A DNA stretch of 46,753 nucleotides from Myxococcota bacterium (GTDB lineage Bacteria; Myxococcota_A; UBA796; GCA-2862545). The notes under the pieces are model-generated. The model saw nothing but the letters and a program-made list of their open reading frames with translations, searched no databases and was not told the DNA's origin. Where the stretch lies: assembly GCA_039208735.1 (NCBI GenBank), contig JBCCQY010000059.1, positions 1 to 46,753 on the forward strand. The letters are read 5' to 3'. The translations under genes and the position numbers were made by a program. This document shows positions 34,976-43,970 of the stretch, in pieces; the stretch's first letter is position 1, and each line of letters starts with the position of its first letter.

Positions 34976-37297
34976 ATGGTGATCTGGGGTCTCTTGTGCG
35001 CGGCCGGATGGGCCGCTCCCTCATGGTCCGAGATGGTCGCAGATGCCGAGACGATTCGGCCGAGCCTTGCGGTCCCTGCAACCTTCGAACGACCGACGGG
35101 AGCCGCTGCCGTCGACCTGATTGCACCGCTCGGAGCGAGCTGGCTGGTGGTTGGCACGACCGCCCTCTCCCCGCAAGGCATGCCCCGCGAAGGGGCCATC
35201 GAGCTGTGGAACACCAAAACGGGGGCCACCCAATGGACGATTCCGCGTCCGCCGGTCCCCGGCGCCATCTGGGAAGTCCTCGAAACAACTCCGCTTGTCA
35301 TCGCCGGCCGAGCCAAAGGCAAGCTCATCCTGATCGGGATGGACATTGATCTTGGCACGGTTCACTGGACGGTCGAAGCGAACCATCCCCTGCTCGAGCG
35401 CGATGGCGAGACCGCACTGATCTGGCGCAACGACCACCTCGAGTCCATCGGTCTGCAGGACGGCAAGACGGTCTGGAAGGTGCCGACCGGCAAGCCGGAT
35501 CGGCTGCGTATGGGGATCGGCCGGGTGGTGGTGGAGACGGCCTACGATGTAGTGGCCATCGAGTCGGGCTGGGGTACCGAGAGTTGGCGAGTCACCGGAC
35601 GATGGCGCGCTGCGCCTCCGACCGACCCGACCGCCCAGGTGCTCTACCAACCCAATGTGGTGCAGGTACTTGACCCCTATGGTCAACCTACGTGGACCTG
35701 GTCGCCAGACCATCCCGTGGTGGCCGCGCACAGTGAACAAGGGCGCGCGGTGGTGGTCACTCGAGAGCCCGAAGCCGATCGGATCTCGATCGTAGCGAAC
35801 GGCGATGCCTTGGGCTCCTTCAAGCTCAAGGGCCGGCAAGCCGCACCGTTGACCCCCCTCAACGGCGTGTTGGTGGTGACGACCGACACCGAAATTGTGG
35901 CGTTTTCACCTACCGACGGAGCAATTGGGTTTCGGAAGTCACTTCCCGACTCCCTGCTTCCTCGAGCCAAGGATGCCGACGCGGATCAACTTGTGCTCTA
36001 CGACGATCGGTTGGTGGTGATCCGCCCCGATCGGGGAGTGGCGGGATTTGAGGCGGCAAACTTCTCCGCCGGTGAACTGATTTTTGAGCAACCCTTTGTC
36101 GCTCCAGGCACCGATGGACGCTCGCTTGTGGCCCGACGTACGGCTGAACGAGGCACGAGTGACAACACCCGACTGCGGCGGGTCCACGAGCGGCTCGCCG
36201 CACAACGGTGGCTCGAAGACCCGATTCAGGGCGACCACCTCATCCGCCCCTTCCGCACCGGACGGGTGCAGGGTTTCACCCTCGTCAATCTGTTTGACGG
36301 GCGCCGAGCTGACGTCGTCACCGGTCCCGTATGGCCGGGCCTCCAAGGGGCAGCGATGGACCCGATGGTCGCGGCGCTGGATCGCCGTGGTGAGACCTTC
36401 TTGGTTGCAGATGTCCCCGTAGATCCCTCACAGTGGCTGCGCATCGAACTCGGCGACGACCTGGCCATGCCCGCGCCAGCCGTCCGCGGCATCCCGATGG
36501 CTCGGCTCGCGTTTGGCGCCGAGCCCAATCCGTTGATCGGCCTGGGCGCCCGGCCACGACCCGAAACGACTCCGGTGGAGGCCGCGCCGGTCGGCAGCTC
36601 CCCCCCTGCGGAATCGACGCTGGATATCGATCAGCTGTTCTTCGATAATGGTGGGCCAAGCTGGCCGCTGTGCGTCCGAGAAGGCATCGTGCAGGCCGCC
36701 CGACCCGCTGTGGTGCAGGCCTGTCTTCGCACTGGGGTCCGGCTTCAGGACCCCAACGCACAAGGCATGCACGCCCTGCTCTTGGCCGCGGACCGCAACC
36801 AGCTCGAAACGGTGCGGCTCCTTCTCGACGCGGGCGCCAACCCCAACACCGCGGGGGCCATCGACGCGCGCACCGCGTTTGAACGCGCAACCGACCTCGA
36901 GGTCAAGGGGCTCATCGCCGCTCGCGGAGGTCGTGAACGGTCGAAGGGTGCCAAGAAGAAGGCCATGAAGGAACTCCTTGGTCTAGCCGGGCTCAAGAAG
37001 CCCAATGACGGCTGGTGCTTTCACCACGTGACGCAAGGTCGACTCGATGTTCTCGACTACTGCCTCGAACGCGGCCGCCTCCTTACCTATGTCGACTCCG
37101 GGCAGGGGCATGTGCTCCACGTCGCAGCCGATCGTGGTTGGACCGAGCACATTCGTCGCCTCCTCCAGGCGGGGGCTAACCCCAACGTCGTGGACTCCAC
37201 GGGCGTGACGCCGCGGGGTCGACTCGATGCCATCGGCGCCCTCAACCCTGGCCAGCAGGCCGCGGCCTCTCTCCTCGAGTCCTCCGGAGGCATGTAA
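34976..37297 (+). CDS. Secreted PQQ-like (BamB-type) beta-propeller protein with C-terminal ankyrin repeats
   Basis: Signal-like N-terminus; repeats such as TKTGATQW, LGTVHW and DGKTVWK; ankyrin motifs GMHALLLAA...VRLLLDAGANPN and VLHVAA...LLQAGANPN. Confidence 0.8.
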   Translation: MVIWGLLCAAGWAAPSWSEMVADAETIRPSLAVPATFERPTGAAAVDLIAPLGASWLVVGTTALSPQGMPREGAIELWNTKTGATQWTIPRPPVPGAIWEVLETTPLVIAGRAKGKLILIGMDIDLGTVHWTVEANHPLLERDGETALIWRNDHLESIGLQDGKTVWKVPTGKPDRLRMGIGRVVVETAYDVVAIESGWGTESWRVTGRWRAAPPTDPTAQVLYQPNVVQVLDPYGQPTWTWSPDHPVVAAHSEQGRAVVVTREPEADRISIVANGDALGSFKLKGRQAAPLTPLNGVLVVTTDTEIVAFSPTDGAIGFRKSLPDSLLPRAKDADADQLVLYDDRLVVIRPDRGVAGFEAANFSAGELIFEQPFVAPGTDGRSLVARRTAERGTSDNTRLRRVHERLAAQRWLEDPIQGDHLIRPFRTGRVQGFTLVNLFDGRRADVVTGPVWPGLQGAAMDPMVAALDRRGETFLVADVPVDPSQWLRIELGDDLAMPAPAVRGIPMARLAFGAEPNPLIGLGARPRPETTPVEAAPVGSSPPAESTLDIDQLFFDNGGPSWPLCVREGIVQAARPAVVQACLRTGVRLQDPNAQGMHALLLAADRNQLETVRLLLDAGANPNTAGAIDARTAFERATDLEVKGLIAARGGRERSKGAKKKAMKELLGLAGLKKPNDGWCFHHVTQGRLDVLDYCLERGRLLTYVDSGQGHVLHVAADRGWTEHIRRLLQAGANPNVVDSTGVTPRGRLDAIGALNPGQQAAASLLESSGGM

Positions 37298-37432
37298 ACC
37301 AAGTTTGGTATTTTCGAATTCGACCTTCGATGCTTCCGAAAGCGTAGTGAACACGAGCGCCATTTGTCCCAAGCATGATCCTTCGGTAGGATGCACAGTA
37401 CCCTCCGATCTGCCCGAGGCGGTGAAGACCCC

Positions 37433-37858
37433 ATGGCTTCCGTGCCCTCCCTCCACGATGTGTTCCCTCCTCCTGAAGTATCCTCGACCGATCTGCTCGA
37501 GGTCCTCCACGAGCGCATTCGCCTCCATGACGATGTCGTGTGCTGGCGGGTCGCCTCCCAACTCACGCCGCTCACCCTCGACGGCTCTCTCACGGTCGTG
37601 GACAGCTTGACCCGGTCGCTCGACCGCTACGGCTGGGTCTGGGACGTCAGCGAGACGGACCAACCCGTACCGTCGGTTCAACTTGCATTCCGTAGCCGCG
37701 GCCCCGCGTTCTCGCCTCGGGTGCGGCACCTCGCGGTGGTGACCGGGACCAACGTGGGCCTTTGGTCAACGCTGCGAGAGTGGTTGCCCGAAAGCGGCTT
37801 TCATTCACTCTCGGTGCATCGAATCCTCGATACCGCGATGGAACGGGCACGACGATGA
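37433..37858 (+). CDS. STAS/SEC14 (SpoIIAA-like) small protein
   Basis: Pattern 'YGWVWDVSETDQP...RHLAVVTGTN...SVHR..DTAM' resembles SpoIIAA-like domains. Stop overlaps the kinase start (ATGA). Confidence 0.55.
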   Translation: MASVPSLHDVFPPPEVSSTDLLEVLHERIRLHDDVVCWRVASQLTPLTLDGSLTVVDSLTRSLDRYGWVWDVSETDQPVPSVQLAFRSRGPAFSPRVRHLAVVTGTNVGLWSTLREWLPESGFHSLSVHRILDTAMERARR

Positions 37859-39153
37859 GTGAAGCCGACGGGCCTTCCCGGGCCCTCGACCGGCTCGTTG
37901 GACCGATCCTCGACCTGACCGAGGGCGTGTGCAACGTGACCGACGAAGCCACCGCCTCGCTAGACGATCCCGATGAACAGGCCATCCTCATCGCGGTGAA
38001 GGTGGTCCACGAGTCGCTCCAGGCCCAAACCGCTCAGACGACCGCCCATCAAGCGCGATTCCAAGCCTTCTTCGAGGCCTCGCCCGATGCGGTCATCCTC
38101 CTCGATGGGCAGAACTGCGTGCAGCGGTGGAACTCGGCCGCCACCCAGCTGCTCGGAAGGCGCGCGGCCGACGTGCTCGACACGCCGATCGAGACCATCG
38201 TGCCGGCCCTGCGACCCTTCCTCGCTGGGGAGGCTCCCGAGCCCCGGATCACCCTTCTGCGCGACCGCGTACCCCATACGGTCGATGTGGCGCTCTCTCG
38301 TTGGCGTGAGGGCGCACAGTGGTACAAGGCCGTCACCCTGCGGGACCAAACGGAAAGGCTCGCCCAAGAGCAGCACCAGCGGCAAGATCAGAAGATGCAG
38401 GCGCTGGGACAGCTCGCCGCCGGTATCGCCCATGAGATCAGCACACCGATGCAGTACGTGAGCGACAACCTGCTGTATCTCGAGCGAAGCCTCCAGAGTC
38501 TGCTCACGGTCGTGCAAGCAGCTCAGGAGGAGCCCGCGGCCACCTCACGGCTCCAGCAGGCGCTCCAAAACCTGAACCTCGACCGATTGAAACAGGAGGT
38601 TCCTCCGGCCGTGGCCCAGACGCGCAACGGGCTGCAGCACATTGGCCGCATCGTTGGCGCCATGAAGGATTTCGCCCACAAAGGTCGGGGGGAAGCCGAG
38701 CCGGTCGACCTTGGTCAGGCCATCGACACCGCCGTCTCACTCGCCCGAAGCGAGTGGCGGCACATCGCCGAGGTCCGGTGCCAGTACGCCGATGACCTGC
38801 CGAAGGTGAATGGCTGGGCGGATGAACTCAAGCAGGTTGTGCTGAACCTGGTGGTCAACGCCGCTCATGCGATCGACCAAGGCCCCAGGCGCCCCGGAAC
38901 GATTTGGATTGGGGCCCATGCCGATGGCGACCATGTGATCATCGAGGTCCAGGACAACGGCACGGGCATGACGGAAGAGGTACGTTCGCGGGTCTTTGAG
39001 CCGTTCTTCACGACCAAGGACCCGGGCAAAGGCTCGGGACAAGGCTTGTCGATTGCCTACGGAATCGTGGTGGAGCGCCATCAGGGTGACATGGACGTCG
39101 AAAGCGAGGTCGGCGTGGGGACGCGCTTTACCGTGAAGCTCCCTCAAACCTAA
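37855..39153 (+). CDS. PAS-domain sensor histidine kinase (cytoplasmic)
   Basis: PAS motifs SPDAVILLD...WNSAA; H-box [13 protein letters not shown]-box [24 protein letters not shown] and GSGQGL. Confidence 0.93.
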   Translation: MSEADGPSRALDRLVGPILDLTEGVCNVTDEATASLDDPDEQAILIAVKVVHESLQAQTAQTTAHQARFQAFFEASPDAVILLDGQNCVQRWNSAATQLLGRRAADVLDTPIETIVPALRPFLAGEAPEPRITLLRDRVPHTVDVALSRWREGAQWYKAVTLRDQTERLAQEQHQRQDQKMQALGQLAAGIAHEISTPMQYVSDNLLYLERSLQSLLTVVQAAQEEPAATSRLQQALQNLNLDRLKQEVPPAVAQTRNGLQHIGRIVGAMKDFAHKGRGEAEPVDLGQAIDTAVSLARSEWRHIAEVRCQYADDLPKVNGWADELKQVVLNLVVNAAHAIDQGPRRPGTIWIGAHADGDHVIIEVQDNGTGMTEEVRSRVFEPFFTTKDPGKGSGQGLSIAYGIVVERHQGDMDVESEVGVGTRFTVKLPQT

Positions 39154-41322
39154 CTAAAGCCGCAGCAACTTACTGAACTTCACGAACGCCACCCGCTGTA
39201 AGGTGCGACGGGTCTGACGGTCGATCTGCTCGGTGAAGCCTACAAAGAGCGCGGTTCCAGGCACGTCGATCCAGGTGAGCAAGGGAGAGATCACAAGCTG
39301 TTGCTCTACGCCTTCGGCCTGCGATCGTTGACTGTCTTGCACGAGCAACCGCACCCCGGTTCGGTTCGTGAACTGCCAGATGAAGGTGCTACGGATGAGT
39401 CTCGATCGCTCCACCGATTCACCCAAGGGCTGAAACTGGGAGAGCTGAACGTCGGTGTCGAGCCGCCCTCGCGCCACGCGAAGGGTGGTGCCCAGCGACG
39501 CGCCTTGCGAGGTTGCAGGACCCAACGTTCCAAAGTCGAGCGACCGCAGCGCAAAGAGGGACGGGGACCACTCGAGCCACCGACCGACCTGACCCGAGTA
39601 CCGAAGCTGCGCCCGGTAGCCATCCACGACCGCTCCGGTCTGCCGACGTCGCCGAAGATCGCCCGTAAGCGACAGGCTGTGAATCCCCCGAATGAGCACC
39701 TGCTGACCGAGGTTCACGGAGCGAAAGAAGTCCCCGTCGAACTCTTCAAGCCACGTCAGACCCACCGAGGGGGTGACCGTCGAAACGGCCCCACGGGGCG
39801 CGAAAATATGGAAGAGTTCAGCGTCGGTACGGACCAACGCACTCTGGTTGAGAAAGCCGAGTTCTTGGCGAAAGGGAGCCGTTCGTACGGTCGACCAGAT
39901 CGAACCCCCCGTCCCGACCCCGGGACTGCGCGCGATCGACCCCTGAACCGCGTAGCCAAGAGGCACGTTCGGATCCGTCGGACCGGCGGTTCGCGATGCT
40001 TGAACGGCGGCCCGCGTGATCCAAGATCGGCCGATGGGAATCCCGAGGTCCGCGCCAAGGCTCTGATGATCGCCACCTTGACCCGGCCGATTCGGCGTGC
40101 CCACAAGCCGCTTGTCGGCCAGCGTCACGCCCACCCAGCCATCGTCGAACGCATCGAGCTTGATGCGGGCCAAGGTGGAGCTCGCGAACCGATCCTCAAC
40201 ATCCTCGGCGTTGAATCCTACGGCACCGTTTTCATGCGCGGACGGGAGCGGAGACCGATCCAACGCATGCACAAGCCCCAACGACCACGGCCCTTCGCGG
40301 CCCGACAGCTTCACGCCGTACAGCGGTTCTGCGATCGACCGCGAATACAAGGTTGCGAAGTCGTCGTTGAAGAAGTCGATGCCGTCGAGGAAGAACGGCC
40401 GGCGTTCCTGGAAACGGAAGGCAAATCTGGCGTTCAGCCGCACATCCGCGAGATCGGATTCCACCTGGGAAAAGTCGGGATTGAGGGTGGCCGCAAACCC
40501 AAGATCGGGCGTGATGCCCAATCGCGTGTCTAGCGAGAGGCGAAGCCAGTCTTCGGGTACCCGGTAGAAATCCGGCAATCGACCTTCGTCATCGGGCAGC
40601 CATTGAAGCGCCACCGTGGCAGCGGGGATCAGCTCGACGCCCGAACCGCGAGCCGGTGGACGCACGCCGACGAGTTCGGCCTCTTCGCTAAACAGGAGGG
40701 GCTTGCCTCGCGTGATGTCGGGAAACGCGTACTTCGTCCCTTCGTGCGGAACCTTTCGGGTGACGATGAAGCCCCAGGTTTGACCATGCTCCGGATCCGG
40801 CTTCGGGAACTTCAGGGACCGCCAAGGGAAGGCCAACTCGATGCTGTAGCCGTGGCCGTCGTCATCGACGGTGCCCGCCGAGCGGTATGCGGTGTCCCAG
40901 TTGACGTTCCATTGGCCCGAATTGTGCCGGATGTCCTGCTGGATGCCCCGTGGATTGTGGTAGAAAATGTAGCCCGAACGCCCATCATGAAAGGTGTCTA
41001 GGTAAATGCCGATCTGATCGTCTGCGTTGATGCGCTCTCGGGCGCTCACCCGTGCCCGAACCACGTAATCGAGGTCATCCACGCGGATGCCTACGTAGAA
41101 CGCCCGATCGTCTTGGGCGAACCGAACTTCCGTGATGCCGGGAGGAGCGCCCCCTTCGGTGGGCTGAAAGCGCAAAAAATCGGTGACCGGCGGTGCACTC
41201 TGCCACACCGGCTCATCGAGCACCCCGTCGACGACGATCGGTTCAGCCGTGGTCACCACGGACGCTCCCGGTGCCGCAGCAGCTGGCTGGGCGAGAGCGG
41301 CGATGAGCCATACGAGTTCCAA
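39154..41322 (-). CDS. CBM9-like / DUF5916 outer-membrane protein
   Basis: VDGVLDEPVW, IYLDTFHD, W.SAG...Y.IE.AFPW.SL, TLNPDFSQVESD, F.ERRPFFL.G and C-terminal FVKFS. Start uncertain (TTG 41322). Confidence 0.85.
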   Translation of the reverse strand: MELVWLIAALAQPAAAAPGASVVTTAEPIVVDGVLDEPVWQSAPPVTDFLRFQPTEGGAPPGITEVRFAQDDRAFYVGIRVDDLDYVVRARVSARERINADDQIGIYLDTFHDGRSGYIFYHNPRGIQQDIRHNSGQWNVNWDTAYRSAGTVDDDGHGYSIELAFPWRSLKFPKPDPEHGQTWGFIVTRKVPHEGTKYAFPDITRGKPLLFSEEAELVGVRPPARGSGVELIPAATVALQWLPDDEGRLPDFYRVPEDWLRLSLDTRLGITPDLGFAATLNPDFSQVESDLADVRLNARFAFRFQERRPFFLDGIDFFNDDFATLYSRSIAEPLYGVKLSGREGPWSLGLVHALDRSPLPSAHENGAVGFNAEDVEDRFASSTLARIKLDAFDDGWVGVTLADKRLVGTPNRPGQGGDHQSLGADLGIPIGRSWITRAAVQASRTAGPTDPNVPLGYAVQGSIARSPGVGTGGSIWSTVRTAPFRQELGFLNQSALVRTDAELFHIFAPRGAVSTVTPSVGLTWLEEFDGDFFRSVNLGQQVLIRGIHSLSLTGDLRRRRQTGAVVDGYRAQLRYSGQVGRWLEWSPSLFALRSLDFGTLGPATSQGASLGTTLRVARGRLDTDVQLSQFQPLGESVERSRLIRSTFIWQFTNRTGVRLLVQDSQRSQAEGVEQQLVISPLLTWIDVPGTALFVGFTEQIDRQTRRTLQRVAFVKFSKLLRL

Positions 41323-41359
41323 GAAGACCCATCCCTGGCCAAGAGGCCGCGGAGGTAAT

Positions 41360-41977
41360 GTGTTCACGGGTATCGTCCAAGGCACTGCCACCGTTCGAAG
41401 CATCGAAGATCACGGCGGAATCCGTAGGCTACGGCTGGAATTCCCCGAAGGTGCGACGAACGGCCTGGCCCAAGGCGCCAGCGTGTCCATCGCAGGGGTT
41501 TGCCTGACGGTGGTGGACCAAGGCGATCACGATGTGGCGTTCGACGTCATCGACGAGACACTCCGTCTCACGACCCTCGCTGCCCTCACGGAGGGCGCCC
41601 AGGTGAACTTCGAACGCGCCGCGAAGTTTGGCGATGAAGTCGGCGGCCACTTCGTCTCGGGCCACATCTTTGGCATGGGCGAGGTCGTGACCCGCACCCA
41701 AGAAGGCGAAAACCTCGCCCTTGTGATTCGCACCTCGGTCGAGGTCATGCCGTACGTGCTCGAAAAGGGCTACCTCGCCGTCGACGGCTGCAGCTTGACG
41801 ATCGGAGCCGTAGACCGAGACGCCCGCACCTTTGGCCTGCACCTCATCCCCGAGACCCGCGCCGTGACCACGCTTGGCGACCTCAACCAAGGCGACACCG
41901 TGAATCTCGAGGTGGATGCCACCACCCAGGCGGTGGTTGCGACGGTCGAACGCGTGATGAAGGAACGCGGTCAGTAG
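41360..41977 (+). CDS. ribE: Riboflavin synthase (alpha subunit)
   Basis: (M)FTGIVQ, GASVSIAGVCLTV, VNFERA...GGHFVSGHI, KGYLAVDGCSLT and VNLEVD. GTG start after GGAGG. Confidence 0.95.
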   Translation: MFTGIVQGTATVRSIEDHGGIRRLRLEFPEGATNGLAQGASVSIAGVCLTVVDQGDHDVAFDVIDETLRLTTLAALTEGAQVNFERAAKFGDEVGGHFVSGHIFGMGEVVTRTQEGENLALVIRTSVEVMPYVLEKGYLAVDGCSLTIGAVDRDARTFGLHLIPETRAVTTLGDLNQGDTVNLEVDATTQAVVATVERVMKERGQ

Positions 41978-42375
41978 GGTCCGGCGACCAAGCGCTGCGA
42001 GATCCACCAGATGTTCCCTCGGGCATCTCGCACGCCGGCTTGGCGGTCCTTGTAGGGCATGTCGGCGGGCGGGTAGATCGTCTCCATGCCCGCGGCCACC
42101 GCGCGCTCAAACACCGCGTCGCAGTCTGCCACGAAGAGGTAGGTCGCCACGCGACCCGCCGGGTAGTCGGGCGGACGGGCTTCCGTCACCATGATCGACC
42201 CGTGGCCAAAGTGAACGTGACCGTTGAGTAGCTTGCCCTCACCATCCACCTTGCGGTTGGTGATGGTGCCCCCCAGCGACTCACACAGGTAGTCCATGTA
42301 CGCAACGCCATCTTCGACGAAAATGTATGGTGCAACCTGGCCAAACCCATCGGGCAAACGCAACGCATCGCTCAT
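41971..42375 (-). CDS. VOC family (glyoxalase/PhnB-like) protein
   Basis: VAPYIFV, YLFVADCDAVFERAVAAG and DMPYKDRQAGVRDARGNIWWI. Confidence 0.88.
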   Translation of the reverse strand: MSDALRLPDGFGQVAPYIFVEDGVAYMDYLCESLGGTITNRKVDGEGKLLNGHVHFGHGSIMVTEARPPDYPAGRVATYLFVADCDAVFERAVAAGMETIYPPADMPYKDRQAGVRDARGNIWWISQRLVAGPY

Positions 42376-43526
42376 TCGGGCAACCTCCCCTCGCCAAAGA
42401 GTACACGACGAATGGGATTCGTTCGACCCAGGGTTGCCAATTTTGCAAGCAGCTCGACCACGGCATCGAAGCGTGCGCGGCCTAGATCAACGTGGTACCC
42501 GACGCCGAAGCGCCCGAGCGGCTCCGGGTCGGTCACGTAGTGGAAGCGGCCGGACGTCGCCTCACCAAAATCACCGTTGTAGCCCGCGAGATACCAAGGT
42601 CCGATCACGGCATCCACGGCTTCGATGCGAGCCTTGGGATCGGTTTCCGTGGCAAACTGCACGGCGATGGGCAACCAGTGCCAGGGGCACCGCGTGCTCA
42701 CCCAGACCTCAAACCCATGTTCGGTCTCCCACCGCAGCGGCACCGGCGTCTGCGCCAACGGGCCAAGGCCGTTGACCTCGACGATCATGGGCTCTTCTTC
42801 GGTGTAGATCGCCGCAACCTCTTGGGTCTCAGCATGCACGAGGTCGACGCGCGCCAGCGCATAGGGCCGTGCCCCCTCCGCCACCGCAGCAACAGGTTCG
42901 CCGTCGGCTCCCCGCACCATGCGCGCCGCTTCGGCGAGGTAGCCTTCTCCGCGCTGCTCCTCGACCACTTCGTCGAAGTAGTCTCGGTAGGACTCGGCGT
43001 GCGCCCGCAGGAACACGTCCGCCCCCTCCCCACTCGCGTCGTAGGCCTCGAGCGCCCCGAGCAGAGCCTCTGCCGCAGGGCGATGCGCTTCACCCATCGA
43101 GGGCAGCAAGCCTCTTAGCGTCTCTCGCCCCTCGTCGACCCGGCAACTCGACAGATAGACCTGGGACAGCTGGAGTCGGGGTTGAATCCACTCCGGCCAG
43201 ATCTCGGTAGCCTTCGACAACGTCGCTGCGGCATCGGGAATGCGGTTGAGCAGCTGATAGGCGGTGGCCAGGGTCAGGTAGAAGTCCTGCTTGAGGGCTT
43301 CGTGCTCGGGCGCGTCGAACGGTTCCGAGAGCCGCACCGCCTTTTCGAAGTACACCACGGCCTCGCCCACTTCACCCCGGTGAAGGTGGGCCATACCCAA
43401 TGCGTGATTCAGATCGGGGCGGTCCGGTGCAATGGCCAGGGCGTCTCGAAACGCCACGACCGCTTCGTCGAAGCGGCCACCCTCGATCGCTGCAATGCCC
43501 CGTGTAGCGGTTTCTTCGAGCGACAT
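42372..43526 (-). CDS. TPR protein with a C-terminal DUF3531-like domain
   Basis: N-terminal TPRs (GRFDEAV..F..AL...P, LGMAHL..G...EA..YFEKA). C-terminus PWYLAGYNGDF...HVDLG...AVVELL..L...IRRVLFG resembles DUF3531, judged from memory. Confidence 0.75.
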   Translation of the reverse strand: MSLEETATRGIAAIEGGRFDEAVVAFRDALAIAPDRPDLNHALGMAHLHRGEVGEAVVYFEKAVRLSEPFDAPEHEALKQDFYLTLATAYQLLNRIPDAAATLSKATEIWPEWIQPRLQLSQVYLSSCRVDEGRETLRGLLPSMGEAHRPAAEALLGALEAYDASGEGADVFLRAHAESYRDYFDEVVEEQRGEGYLAEAARMVRGADGEPVAAVAEGARPYALARVDLVHAETQEVAAIYTEEEPMIVEVNGLGPLAQTPVPLRWETEHGFEVWVSTRCPWHWLPIAVQFATETDPKARIEAVDAVIGPWYLAGYNGDFGEATSGRFHYVTDPEPLGRFGVGYHVDLGRARFDAVVELLAKLATLGRTNPIRRVLFGEGRLPE

Positions 43527-43572
43527 TCACCCTCCGACGGCCACGTAGCGCATTGGCCGCCGAGGGAAAGCG

Positions 43573-43764
43573 TCAGCTCGAGGCTTCCTTGCACTGCTCG
43601 CGCATCTCTTCATTGACCATGTCGAGCAACGAGGCCGAAAGCTCAATGATCTGCTCGTGCGAGAAACCCTGCTCTTTCAGTTGACGGAAGAAGCTTTTGG
43701 CGACGGTGCGGTTCCGATTCTTCAGCAGCTTCGGAGTCGGATGGGAGGAAGATGACGTGACCAT
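43573..43764 (-). CDS. Small (63 aa) helical protein of a myxobacterial-type family
   Basis: GAGGGAG SD; amphipathic 'VAKSFFRQLKEQGFSHEQIIELSASLLDMV'; lies directly behind a sigma54 promoter. Confidence 0.75.
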   Translation of the reverse strand: MVTSSSSHPTPKLLKNRNRTVAKSFFRQLKEQGFSHEQIIELSASLLDMVNEEMREQCKEASS

Positions 43765-43833
43765 GGTGCTCCCTCGAGCGTCGGTTCAGACTTCGGGGGT
43801 GATGAAGGTCCCCGATCAGACGGCGCTCGGAAG

Positions 43834-43850
43834 TGCAAGGGGCCTGCCAA
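43834..43850 (-). promoter_or_regulatory. Sigma54 (-24/-12) promoter
   Basis: Minus strand TTGGCAGGCCCCTTGCA, a close match to TGGCAC-N5-TTGC(A/T), 69 nt upstream of the small-protein start. Confidence 0.8.
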
Positions 43851-43924
43851 CCCCAAATGGGGCCAAATCCCAGGTTCTCTCGTTGAGCACATGGTCAAGT
43901 GCGCGGCCCAATTCGCGCATTCAT

Positions 43925-43957
43925 GTAGGATGTGCGAAACGAACTTCGCACCCCTAC
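43925..43957 (-). terminator. Hairpin downstream of the TPR gene
   Basis: GTAGG..GTGCGAA-6nt-TTCGCAC.CCTAC inverted repeat 13 nt after the stop codon. Confidence 0.45.
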
Positions 43958-43970
43958 TGAAAGCAGTGCT

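Noticed and set aside
41360..41977. Riboflavin synthase outside a rib operon, possibly with an FMN riboswitch
   Set aside because: Stand-alone riboflavin synthase genes are common, and the ~37-bp divergent gap leaves no room for a riboswitch.
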